From: a virus
Reading direction: 5' to 3' (one strand)
DNA length: 62,470 nucleotides
IMG/VR virus record: IMGVR_UViG_3300045988_065931
Positions 9,703 through 19,400 of the stretch are shown one piece after another (position 1 is the first letter of the stretch; each line of letters opens with the position of its first letter). The notes beneath the pieces were generated by a model. The model saw nothing but the letters and a program-made list of their open reading frames with translations. It ran no database searches and was not told the origin of the DNA. Both the position numbers and the translations under genes were made by a program.

Positions 9703-10791
9703 ATGGCATTACCATTGAGAGAAGCGTTTACCGCTAGAGCTTTAGGAGTCCTGTGGAATGATTATAAGGCAAAGCTCGGTACGGGACCGTATAGTGGAAG
9801 AATGAAGTTTGGAACGGTGAAACAGGACAGCCTTGATTTGAAGTTTATTAAAGGAAAGAACGGTCTCCCGGTATCTTTGAAAGCATCAAATTTTGACGCG
9901 CAAGCACCATTAAGGGATGTTGGTGGATTTTCCGATATTCAGAATGAAATGCCTTTTTACCGTGAAAGTTACATGGTAACAGAGAAAGAAGAACAGGAAT
10001 ATGCAAATTATCAGTCTGCGGAAAATTCCAACATGGCAAATCAGGTTTTACAAGAAATTGCTAAAAAGCCTTTTTCTCTGATTCAAGGCGCTTTGGTTGT
10101 ACCAGAACGTCAGATTTGGGAACTTTTGGCACCGGAAGATGGTGTTCCGAAAGTAACCGTAAATATCGAAGGAGAGAAATATGTTGTTGAATATACAACA
10201 GATAGTGGAGCGGCGCATAAGAAAGATCACTTTGTTGAGATTTCCGGCGATGAAGATAAGTGGAATGCTTCGGCAACTGCAACGCCACTTGACGATTTGA
10301 TTCAAGCAAGACGTGATTTTGCGAAGAAAACCGGATACTCTTTGACAAGATTTTCCATGAATACAGAGACATTTGAAATGATTCTGAAAGCAGAAGATAC
10401 AAAGAAGCAGGTACTTGGAATCACTGCATACAATGGCGGTATCAGAGTGAGACAGGCTGATGTACTTTCTTACTTAAGAGAGTACGGAATTGAGATCGAA
10501 GTATACGACAAAGTATACATTGATGAAGAAGGAAATACAAAGTATTTCATTCCAACAAACATTGTTTCTGCTCAATCTGCCGGAGTATATCTTGGTGATT
10601 ATACATTTGGTAGAACACCGGAAGAGAGAAGTGGAAGTTTGACAGATGGAAATCTTTCTCTCGTAGAAACAGGTATTTCAGTATATTCATATACCACAAA
10701 TCATCCAATTAACACACATTGTGTAGTTTCCATGATTGGACTTCCTACTTTTGAGGGTATGGACAGCGTTGTTGTTATGAAGGTTGCATAA
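9703..10791 (+). CDS. Major capsid protein (gpE-like family)
   Basis: 362 aa, strong RBS. Order is scaffold, decoration, capsid. Confidence 0.75.
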   Translation: MALPLREAFTARALGVLWNDYKAKLGTGPYSGRMKFGTVKQDSLDLKFIKGKNGLPVSLKASNFDAQAPLRDVGGFSDIQNEMPFYRESYMVTEKEEQEYANYQSAENSNMANQVLQEIAKKPFSLIQGALVVPERQIWELLAPEDGVPKVTVNIEGEKYVVEYTTDSGAAHKKDHFVEISGDEDKWNASATATPLDDLIQARRDFAKKTGYSLTRFSMNTETFEMILKAEDTKKQVLGITAYNGGIRVRQADVLSYLREYGIEIEVYDKVYIDEEGNTKYFIPTNIVSAQSAGVYLGDYTFGRTPEERSGSLTDGNLSLVETGISVYSYTTNHPINTHCVVSMIGLPTFEGMDSVVVMKVA

Positions 10792-10802
10792 GGAGTGGTT
10801 AC

Positions 10803-11054
10803 ATGATTGCTACACACAATATCAAGATAGGTGGACGTTGGTATAAAGCCGGGGAAGAAATCAATTCCTCGGCTGATTTTATGAATACGCCAGAGATTCC
10901 AGAATATGGAGAGAAGAAGTTTACTAAAACAGAGATTTATCAAATGCCCGTAAAAGAACTTCGGGAGCTTGCTACCGAGTATGGGATTGACGGTGCAGAG
11001 TATTTGAACGGTTCGGATATTAAGAAACTTCTTATTGATAAGTTAGGACTGTAG
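10803..11054 (+). CDS. Small protein with Rho-N/SAP-like C-terminal motif
   Basis: VKELRELATEYGIDGAEYLNGSDIKKLLIDKL. Confidence 0.4.
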   Translation: MIATHNIKIGGRWYKAGEEINSSADFMNTPEIPEYGEKKFTKTEIYQMPVKELRELATEYGIDGAEYLNGSDIKKLLIDKLGL

Positions 11055-11064
11055 GTGAAAAAAT

Positions 11065-11394
11065 ATGGCGTACTCAAGATTAGAACAACTTAAAATTCGG
11101 TTGAGACAATCTAATGTTTCATGCGAGCAAGAAGATAAGTTCTTAGAACAGCTTCTTTATCAATCAGAACAAGATGTGCGTCTTTACCGAAATTATCCAG
11201 ACAATTACACAGAGGAGATGATTGAAAAGGATATGAAGAAATTCGACAGTATCATCATAGACTTGGCTTTGTATGATTGCAACCAAGAGGGAGGAGAATT
11301 TCAGATTTCCTCTTCTGAAAACGGAACTTCAAGGAGTTGGATTGACCGGGATAAAATTCTCGGAAAAGTTACTCCTTTTGTGAACGTGTTATAG
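11065..11394 (+). CDS. Head-tail connector (gp6-like DNA-packaging protein)
   Basis: 109 aa, placed after the capsid gene. N-terminus is typical of this family. Confidence 0.5.
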   Translation: MAYSRLEQLKIRLRQSNVSCEQEDKFLEQLLYQSEQDVRLYRNYPDNYTEEMIEKDMKKFDSIIIDLALYDCNQEGGEFQISSSENGTSRSWIDRDKILGKVTPFVNVL

Positions 11395-11548
11395 AAAGGG
11401 TACGGTGATCCAATCATCTCCCGGCTACTGGGTTAAGTGGCAGACGATTGTGCGTACCATAGCGGTGAGTTTACTGTGATGGTGCAGGGATATGGCACTT
11501 GGCGGTGGTGGGCGGCTATATAAAAATTCCCGAAAGGAGAAAGAAGAA

Positions 11549-12058
11549 ATGGAATATTTTTTAAATTCCTTCGGTGATATAACAATCGGAAATGTGGCTA
11601 TTTTGCTGTGCGCAGTAATTTTTCTTTTTGGATGCTATAAGAAAGTGGAAAAATATTTTTCTGAAAAGGCTATAAAGGAAAAAGAGTACGACGAAAGAAT
11701 TAAAAAAGTGATTAGTCAAGCAGAAAATTATCCGAAATGGCATGAACAAAGCCTTTGTATACAGAAAAAGTTTGGAAATTCTATTGACAATTTAGATAGA
11801 AAGATGGATAAATTGCAAAAATCAAATGATGAGGGAATGGCTCTTACTTGGAGATACAGAATTCTTAGATTTGATGATGAAGTTCGGCATGACGATAAGC
11901 ACACAAAAGAACACTTTGACCAGATACTTGAAGATATTACAAAATATGAGAGGTTTTGCAAGGACAATCCTGATTTTGAAAATAATAAGGCGTCTCTTGC
12001 AATAGACAATATCAAAAAAGTGTATAAAAAATGCACAGACGAAGGAACGTTTTTGTAA
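11549..12058 (+). CDS. N-terminally membrane-anchored coiled-coil protein, possible lysis accessory
   Basis: RBS aaaggagaaag. TM segment ITIGNVAILLCAVIFLFGCY. Sits directly upstream of the holin. Confidence 0.45.
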   Translation: MEYFLNSFGDITIGNVAILLCAVIFLFGCYKKVEKYFSEKAIKEKEYDERIKKVISQAENYPKWHEQSLCIQKKFGNSIDNLDRKMDKLQKSNDEGMALTWRYRILRFDDEVRHDDKHTKEHFDQILEDITKYERFCKDNPDFENNKASLAIDNIKKVYKKCTDEGTFL

Positions 12059-12072
12059 AGGAGTGATTTTAA

Positions 12073-12408
12073 ATGGAACAGATTGTTATAAACATGACAC
12101 TTGTTATCGGAATTGTTGGAATTTTCGCTTTCGCAGTTTCAATAATTACGCAAGTTTTTAAAGGAGTATCGGGATTGAAGAAAATTCCGACCGATATTTT
12201 GGTTTTTGTATTGTCAATCGGTCTTACGGTTACAGCTTTTATAGCTTATATGCAGTATATACAGCAAACGATTCTGTGGTACATGATTCTAGCAGCAATT
12301 CTAGCCGGCCTATTAGTAGCTTTTGTGGCAATGTACGGTTGGGAAAAAGTAGCAGAATTGTGGAAACGATTTTACAGAGTGAATAAGAATGATTTAGAGG
12401 ATGAGTAA
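12073..12408 (+). CDS. Holin
   Basis: 111 aa with three hydrophobic segments and a charged C-terminus. Immediately upstream of the endolysin. Confidence 0.7.
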   Translation: MEQIVINMTLVIGIVGIFAFAVSIITQVFKGVSGLKKIPTDILVFVLSIGLTVTAFIAYMQYIQQTILWYMILAAILAGLLVAFVAMYGWEKVAELWKRFYRVNKNDLEDE

Positions 12409-12456
12409 TCGTCCTCTTTTTTGTACAGGTGCAAATGCCGGAGAAAGGAGAAAATT

Positions 12457-13473
12457 ATGGAAAATTTAAGAGTAATTGATGTAAGCGAACATCAAGGAAC
12501 TATTAACTGGGATGCGGTAAAAGGACATATAGATGGGGCAATCTTACGATGCGGATATGGAGATAATATTGCAAGTCAGGACGATAAGCAATGGAAAAGA
12601 AATGCAGATGAATGTACAAGACTTGGGATTCCGTTCGGAGTTTATATCTATTCCTACGCGACAAGTGACGCACAGGCGAAAAGCGAAGCGGAACACGTCC
12701 TTAGAATGGTAAGCGGATATAAACTTTCGTACCCAATTTATTTGGATTTGGAACAGGCAGGAACGGAAAATGGAGCAATTCAAAGAGCGAATATCTTCGG
12801 GGATATCATCGAAAAAGCTGGATACTGGTGCGGAGTTTATGCGAATACAAACTGGTGGACAAACTACCTGGTAGGGTTGGAACGGTTTGTAAAATGGGTA
12901 GCACAGTATAATTCGGTTTGCACATATCAAGGAACATACGATATCTGGCAGTATACGTCAGGCGGATCTGTTCCGGGAATTTCCGGAAACGTGGATATGA
13001 ATCATTGTTATAGAGATTATCCAGCAGAAATTACAGGAGGGGATACAAAACCGACGCCGCCGGCAGTAGCACCATCTGGATCTACGCTTGATCTTGTTGT
13101 TGGAGTTATGCAGGGAAAATATGGAGACGGAGACGCTAGAAAAAATGCTCTAGGAAATCGGTATAATGAGGTGCAGAATATGATTAACTATATTGCATCT
13201 GCCTCCGTAGATACACTTGTGAAAGAAGTTTATGCGGGAAAATATGGAAATGGAGATACAAGAAAGGCGGCGCTTGGAAACCGGTACAATGAGGTACAAA
13301 ACAAGATTAATGGTTCCTCCGGCGGCGGTGCAGTATACTACACAGTCCAGTCTGGGGATACGCTTTCTGGAATCGCTGCTAAATACGGTACTAATTATCA
13401 GGCAATCGCAAATCTGAACGGTATTCAGAATCCGAACTTAATTTATCCGGGGCAGAAGCTACGCGTAAAATAA
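12457..13473 (+). CDS. Endolysin: GH25 muramidase + 2 Cpl-7 (CW_7) repeats + LysM
   Basis: [13 protein letters not shown]...[10 protein letters not shown]. Two copies of GKYG[DN][16 protein letters not shown]-terminal [17 protein letters not shown]...NLIYPGQKL. Confidence 0.9.
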   Translation: MENLRVIDVSEHQGTINWDAVKGHIDGAILRCGYGDNIASQDDKQWKRNADECTRLGIPFGVYIYSYATSDAQAKSEAEHVLRMVSGYKLSYPIYLDLEQAGTENGAIQRANIFGDIIEKAGYWCGVYANTNWWTNYLVGLERFVKWVAQYNSVCTYQGTYDIWQYTSGGSVPGISGNVDMNHCYRDYPAEITGGDTKPTPPAVAPSGSTLDLVVGVMQGKYGDGDARKNALGNRYNEVQNMINYIASASVDTLVKEVYAGKYGNGDTRKAALGNRYNEVQNKINGSSGGGAVYYTVQSGDTLSGIAAKYGTNYQAIANLNGIQNPNLIYPGQKLRVK

Positions 13474-13486
13474 GGAGGGTCTCTGT

Positions 13487-13921
13487 ATGCGACTTTTAGA
13501 AAAAAACAAGCAGAATTTAAAGTATGCGTTACAAGTCGGAGAAGTTCCAGTTTATGAGAGAGACGAAGACGGAAACATCATATACATTGAGATCGATGGT
13601 CAGAAAGTTCCGGTAGAAACAGGAGAGATGGAAATCGGCTATTCAAAACCAGTAGATTTCCGAGGAAATATCGCAATGTCTGGCGGTGAAGCAGAAGCGA
13701 AGTCTTTTGGAGTTGATATCAGTGAGTATGACGCTGTTCTTCTTATGGAGAAAGATAGAATACCTATTGATGAAACGTCTCTAATTTGGCATATGAGCGA
13801 AGTTAAATATGCAGACGAACAAAATACCATTGTAGATAAAAAGTCGGCTGATTACACCGTTAAACGTGTTCAGCCGAGTCTTAATTTTACAAGGTATCTT
13901 CTGAAAAGGGTTGTGAAGTAG
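13487..13921 (+). CDS. Head-closure / head-tail adaptor protein
   Basis: Called from position and size only. Confidence 0.4.
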   Translation: MRLLEKNKQNLKYALQVGEVPVYERDEDGNIIYIEIDGQKVPVETGEMEIGYSKPVDFRGNIAMSGGEAEAKSFGVDISEYDAVLLMEKDRIPIDETSLIWHMSEVKYADEQNTIVDKKSADYTVKRVQPSLNFTRYLLKRVVK

Positions 13922-13922
13922 C

Positions 13923-14456
13923 ATGGCAAAGAAAGTATTGAAAGCAAATATCTTTTCAATGTCCAGTATTCAAGAATTGCAGAAGCAGTTGAGGGAATAT
14001 CAAGATTCTCTCAATAAAAAATGTGAAATATTCACAGAGGAATTAGCGAAACGAGGTGTAGAGATTGCGAAAGCAAGGGTTACTACACTTGACGCAATAT
14101 TTACAGGTGAACTCTTAAACAGCATACACACAAGGAAAGGTAACGGAGATAAAAACACCGTTATCTTTTTTATTGTGGCTGATTCTAAGCACTCGGCATT
14201 TGTTGAATTTGGTACTGGTCAACTTGGACTTGAGGGAAGCTACCCATATCCATTCCCGGAGGGCGTGGAGTGGAATTATAACACCGGAAAGACAATTTTT
14301 GAGATTGCGCCCGGAAAATACGGATGGTTCTATCCGAAAGATGGAAAATGGTATTTTACGCAAGGTATGCCGTCAAGACCGTTTATGTATGAAACATCAT
14401 TGGAACTCATGCAAGAGATTCCGCAGATTGCAAAAAAGGTATTTGGAGGGCGGTAA
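13923..14456 (+). CDS. HK97 gp10-like neck/tail component
   Basis: SAFVEFGTG motif, 177 aa. Confidence 0.6.
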   Translation: MAKKVLKANIFSMSSIQELQKQLREYQDSLNKKCEIFTEELAKRGVEIAKARVTTLDAIFTGELLNSIHTRKGNGDKNTVIFFIVADSKHSAFVEFGTGQLGLEGSYPYPFPEGVEWNYNTGKTIFEIAPGKYGWFYPKDGKWYFTQGMPSRPFMYETSLELMQEIPQIAKKVFGGR

Positions 14457-14457
14457 T

Positions 14458-14853
14458 ATGCTAGATATGTTGGAATCACAAGTTATCACTCGGATAAAGA
14501 CGCAGTTTTCTAAAAAACTGAAAGACCGTTATCCAAATTTAAAATTTACAAACTCTGACAGAGCCGATACTGTTCCGAAATTCCCAACCGTGTATATACA
14601 CGAAATGACGGGAGCGGAAACAGGAGAAGACTTACAAGGAGATACGATCAATGCTGTTTGGTCTTCTTTTCAGATCGAGGTAACAACAAATACCAAGATG
14701 AATGATGCGAAAGAAGTGATGAATGAGGTTGTACGAATTATGAAAACAATGAGGTTTCAAGTAATTGCAACACCGGAATTTCAGAACACAGACAGTACAT
14801 ATCGAAGAGTAGCACGTTTTCGGCGAATGATAGCCGATGGCGATATTTTATAA
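14458..14853 (+). CDS. Tail completion / tail terminator-like protein
   Basis: The ATG follows the upstream TAA by one base. The longer ORF-track version (14173) overlaps the previous gene. Confidence 0.5.
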   Translation: MLDMLESQVITRIKTQFSKKLKDRYPNLKFTNSDRADTVPKFPTVYIHEMTGAETGEDLQGDTINAVWSSFQIEVTTNTKMNDAKEVMNEVVRIMKTMRFQVIATPEFQNTDSTYRRVARFRRMIADGDIL

Positions 14854-14913
14854 GACCGATCATAAAAAGTGATCGCTTACTGCAAAAAATTAGCGGTGGA
14901 AAGGAGAAAAAAT

Positions 14914-15393
14914 ATGATTGCAGGAATTTCTACATTAGGAATTACATTTGGTTATGGAGTTGAAACAACTGCCGGACAAAAACCAGCTAAATTTACAAAG
15001 CTTAATCGAATTAATTCAATTGGTGGAATCACGATTGAAAATGAGCAGATTGATGCGTCTGCGGTTGAAGATGCTGTTAAACGATATATCCGAGGGGCAG
15101 CAGATACGGGAGGTTCATTCCCTGTCGGTGTAAACTTCACAAGTGAAACAAAAGAAGAATGGAAAAAGGTTATCGAAGAATACGCAAAGCTTACAGGTGA
15201 AAAAAGAATGTGGTTTCAGACGATTATTCCGGGATTTGATGAATCATTCTTTGTAATCGCACAGCCACCAACAGCACTCCCACAGCCGGAGATTGGTCAG
15301 AACGAATTGCTCGTAATGGAAAATAACCTTACTATTGAAGAGTTTAAGGGAATGGACACAAAAGTTGATTTTGAAGTTGTGGGGGGAGCTTAA
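14914..15393 (+). CDS. Major tail (tube) protein
   Basis: RBS aaaggagaaaaaatATG, 159 aa. Followed by strong hairpins and then the chaperone genes. Confidence 0.7.
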   Translation: MIAGISTLGITFGYGVETTAGQKPAKFTKLNRINSIGGITIENEQIDASAVEDAVKRYIRGAADTGGSFPVGVNFTSETKEEWKKVIEEYAKLTGEKRMWFQTIIPGFDESFFVIAQPPTALPQPEIGQNELLVMENNLTIEEFKGMDTKVDFEVVGGA

Positions 15394-15479
15394 GCTACTT
15401 AGATACAAAAGCCGGTCTAAGTAGCGTTTCTGATGAAATGGCTTATACAGAACTTGAAGAAACATATTAAAATATGAGC

Positions 15480-15501
15480 GGGGCAGTCTTCGGACTGCCC
15501 C
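15480..15501 (+). terminator. Strong 9-bp hairpin GGGGCAGTC-TTCG-GACTGCCCC after the major tail gene
   Basis: Read directly. No clean T-run follows, so this may be an attenuator or mRNA stabiliser. Confidence 0.45.
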
Positions 15502-15525
15502 CTCTGATTAATCGGAGGGAAAAAT

Positions 15526-16011
15526 ATGAAAACAATTCAGATTGGGAATGAACAGTATACGTTAGAATTTAGTTTTGAAGCGGCAGAAAATAAAGCAGTT
15601 GTGCAAAGGATGTTTAATGCTTTGTCGATGTCTTATATTGGAAAAAGATTGGATTTAGAAGGTAAAAATAGCAAAGTAGAAATTGCTGCTGCAATGATTG
15701 ACGGAACAGCAGATTTGATATCTGATATGCCACATATTTGTAAAGATGCTTTTTATGCCGGATTATTGGAACATCATCATGTGACTTTTGATGAATCAAA
15801 AAAACTGATGAAACAGTACATGAAAGAGAAAAAAATGTCCTTTAAAGGGCTTTATGAAGAAATAAAAGAAACGATGGAAGAAGATGGTTTTTTCGATTTG
15901 ACGGGTCTGACGGAGATGGTTGCGGAGATGAACAAGCAGGACGAGGAAGAAGTGAAAAAAGTGCCGAAAACACCACAGGATCACAAGAAAAAATCGACTT
16001 CCACAAAATAA
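15526..16011 (+). CDS. Tail assembly chaperone (G-like)
   Basis: Position between the tube and tape-measure genes. Acidic protein. A6 slippery run at 15988-15993. Confidence 0.7.
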   Translation: MKTIQIGNEQYTLEFSFEAAENKAVVQRMFNALSMSYIGKRLDLEGKNSKVEIAAAMIDGTADLISDMPHICKDAFYAGLLEHHHVTFDESKKLMKQYMKEKKMSFKGLYEEIKETMEEDGFFDLTGLTEMVAEMNKQDEEEVKKVPKTPQDHKKKSTSTK

Positions 16012-16043
16012 TATGGGAAGAATACTTTAAAAATGCGTTAAGA

Positions 16044-16379
16044 ATGGGAATTTCTCATGAAAGCTTTTTGCGCCTTACCCCAAAGAAATTAGAAATATAT
16101 GCAGAAGCATATAAATTGATGTTACGTGATAGGGATTACGAAAATTGGCTCATGGGGCAATACAATATGAAAGCCTTTTCTGTTGTTCTGGATCAAGTAT
16201 TAGCTGGAATGAATAAAAGAAAATCAAAAGCAAAATATTTCGAAAGTCCTATTTTGGAAATGGCGGAAAAGAATAATGAACCGTTATCCGAAAAAGAGTT
16301 GCAATTACAAAGGGAATTATTTGTTGCAAAACTTGAAGCGCTGAAAACAAATTTTGAAATTAATCATAATAAACAGTAG
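16044..16379 (+). CDS. Tail assembly chaperone T-part (probably made as a G-T fusion by -1 frameshift)
   Basis: The -1 frame is open from about 15978 through 16379. Confidence 0.6.
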   Translation: MGISHESFLRLTPKKLEIYAEAYKLMLRDRDYENWLMGQYNMKAFSVVLDQVLAGMNKRKSKAKYFESPILEMAEKNNEPLSEKELQLQRELFVAKLEALKTNFEINHNKQ

Positions 16380-16403
16380 TGTGTCAAAACCTACTGTTTT
16401 TTT
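16373..16403 (+). terminator. Hairpin ACAGTAG/CTACTGT followed by a T7 run
   Basis: Read directly downstream of the chaperone stop. Confidence 0.45.
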
Positions 16404-16452
16404 CTGGCTATTGAACGGAGATAGTCACTGACCTAAAAAAGTTATAGGAAGG

Positions 16453-19400
16453 ATGTGTGAAATGGGAACTACAGTAGACAGCCTTGAAATACAATTACAG
16501 GCGCAAGCTGGAAAAGCGAATAATGCAATTGACACATTGATAACAAAACTAGGGACATTAAACACATCTCTCACGAAAATCAACGGAAGCGGTTTATCTG
16601 GGGTAGCAAATGGTGTAGATAAACTAAGCCGTTCTATGCAAGGTTTAAAAAATGTTGGAACAGCAGATTATACAAGATTTGCCAAGGGAATTGAAAAGAT
16701 TGCAAATTTGAACAGTGGACAGATTTCAAAGGCAGCAAGCGCGATTGTAGGTTTCGGGAAAGGCTTGCAAAGCCTTAACTCAGTGAATGTGTCTAAAACA
16801 TCTGAGCAAGTTGCAAACTTAGCAAAGGGAATATCGCAACTTGGATATAAAAGCTCTACAAAAGCGATTGAAAACATACCTTTGCTTGCTAAGTCTATGC
16901 GACAGTTAATGTCTGAACTATCTAAAGCACCTAAAGTAAGTCAGAACTTGATTGATATGACAAATGCATTGGCAAAATTGGCTCGGACAGGCGCATCTTC
17001 CGGTCGTGCGGCGAATGCTCTTAGCGGAAGCCTTAATACTTATACAAAATCTACACATAAGGCAAGTAGAGGAACAAAAGGACTTGCGTCTGCACTTGGA
17101 AAGATGTACGCAACGTACTGGCTATTATTCCGATTTGTTGGGAAAATAGGAGATTCCATAACCATTGCATCTGATCTCGTGGAAGTACAGAACGTTGTAG
17201 ACACTGTATTTGGCGATATGTCAAGCAAAGTGGAAGAGTACGCACAAAACTCCATTAAACAGTTTGGAATGTCTGAATTGTCATTTAAACAGTATGCCAG
17301 CCGTTTTCAAGCGATGGGGTCTGCAATGGGAATTGATACAAGTTCCATTGAAAGTGCAAATTCATTTTTGAATAAGGCAACAGGTGGATATGTCGGACTG
17401 TCAGACTCTATGGCAGATGTATCCTTGACATTGACTCAATTAACGGCGGATATGGCATCGTTCTACAATGTCAGTCAAAAAGATGTTGCGGAAGATTTGT
17501 CCGCTATCTTCACAGGGGAAACAAGACCACTTCGTACGTACGGTTTGGATTTAACACAGGCAACACTTGCAGAGTGGGCGATGAAAAATGGATTGGATGC
17601 AAATGTTCAGTCTATGTCACAAGCTGAAAAAACGATGCTGCGTTATCAATACGTGCTTGCCAATACAACATCAGCACAGGGCGATTTTGCACGCACGGCA
17701 GGAACATGGGCGAACCAAATTCGTATTTTGCAAGAGCAAATTAAGAAATTTGCTTCCGTCATTGGAACTGGTTTTATCGCAGCGTTTAAACCATTTGTAC
17801 AAACTTTAAATAAAGTCATGGCGAAAGTCATTGATTTTACACAGAATGTATTAAACGCACTTGGTCAGATTTTCGGGTGGGAATTTGAGATTAGTGGCGG
17901 AGGAATAACTGACGATTTAGGAGACGTATCTGGAGATCTAGCGGATTCAGCTGGAAGCGCAGGAGATTTATCTGACAATCTCGGACAAGCTGCTAAAAAT
18001 GCAAAGAAGCTTCACACTTTAGGGATTGATGAATTGAATATTGTTGAGCCTGATAATGGTACTACTGGTAGTGCTGGAGCTGGTGCATCAGGCGGATCAG
18101 GTGGTGCTGGTTCAGGTGAAGTGGGCGGTTTAATTGCCAACTTTAAGCCGAACGATAAGATGTTGGACGCATATAAAAGTAGCATTAAAAGTTTAGAACA
18201 GTTAGGCAAATATATAAGCGTCACATTATCAAACACGTTAGAAAAAATTAACTGGGATTCCGTGTATGAAAAAGCAAAAAATTTCGGAACAGGGTTGGCG
18301 GATTTTTTGAATGGTTTAATAAAACCTAGACTTTTTTATGATTTAGGGAAAACTGTTGCTAATTCAATCAATACAGCTTTTCAATCTGCAAATGCGTTCG
18401 CTGTAGAGTTTGACTGGGAAAATTTAGGGGAATCTATAGCAAAGAGCATAAAAGGATTTTTTGAAAATTGGGATCCTGAAATCGCAGCGGATACATTTAG
18501 TAATTTCGCCAACGGAATTTTAGAGTCTTTAACGGAATTTATAAACACTTTACAAGACGATAAAACATTTGAAGATATTGGTCAAAAAATAGTTGATTTT
18601 ATATGCGGAATAGAGTGGGGAGATTTAGCTTGGAACTTATACAAATTCGGAAAGGCATTAGTTAAAGCTATGGCGAACCTTCCGAATGATTTTGCACGAG
18701 GCGCATTGCAATCACTGGTTGATAAAATCTTTAGTGAAGACGCCGAAGTTAAAGTCGGAGACATTGCATTACCCCCAACGAGTCTTTCTGGATTAATGTT
18801 GCAATTAGGAAATATTAAGGAATGGGTTGGAGAAACAGCATCATCAATAGGCGAACAATTCAGAAAAGGATGGGATGAAGCAAAAAAATCTTGGGAGAAC
18901 GGAAGTGGATTTTTTGAAGGATTATGGGAAGGAATAAAAGTAGTATTTTCTCCTGTAACGGAATGGTTTGGCGAAAAGTTTGATAAAGGGTATGAAGGTA
19001 TTAAAAAAGCTTGGTCATTCATTGAATCTTGGTTCTCAAAAAAATGGGAAGCCATTAAATCTCCTTTTAAAAATGTGGGTCCGTGGTTTAAAACGGCTTT
19101 TAAAAACGCATATGATGCCATAAAGAACATTTGGAAGGGGTTAGGAGACTTCTTTAAAGAAATTGCAGAAAACGCATTTAAGCCTATTAAAACACTTGTG
19201 AATGGCGTTATAAAAGGTGTGAACTGGGTGCTTAAAAAAGTGGGATCAGACACACGAGTAAGTGAGTGGGATGGAATAAAGTTCGCTAAAGGATCGGATG
19301 GAGTTCCGCAAAACACACTTGGAATCGTGAATGACCAAGCAGGATCAACTTACAAAGAGCTTATTATTCCGCCGTCAGGAAAACCGTTTATACCCGATGG

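Noticed and set aside
14173-14457. N-terminal extension of the 14173-14853 ORF
   Set aside because: It overlaps the gp10-like gene in another frame. The real start is the ATG at 14458, right after the upstream stop.
18582-19316. 244-aa minus-strand ORF inside the tape measure gene. There are many similar antisense ORFs inside terL, portal, RecT, the ATPase and the integrase.
   Set aside because: They are antisense to long, motif-bearing genes, lack RBSs, and have low-complexity Ser/Phe/Pro-rich translations typical of the reverse strand of AT-rich coding DNA.
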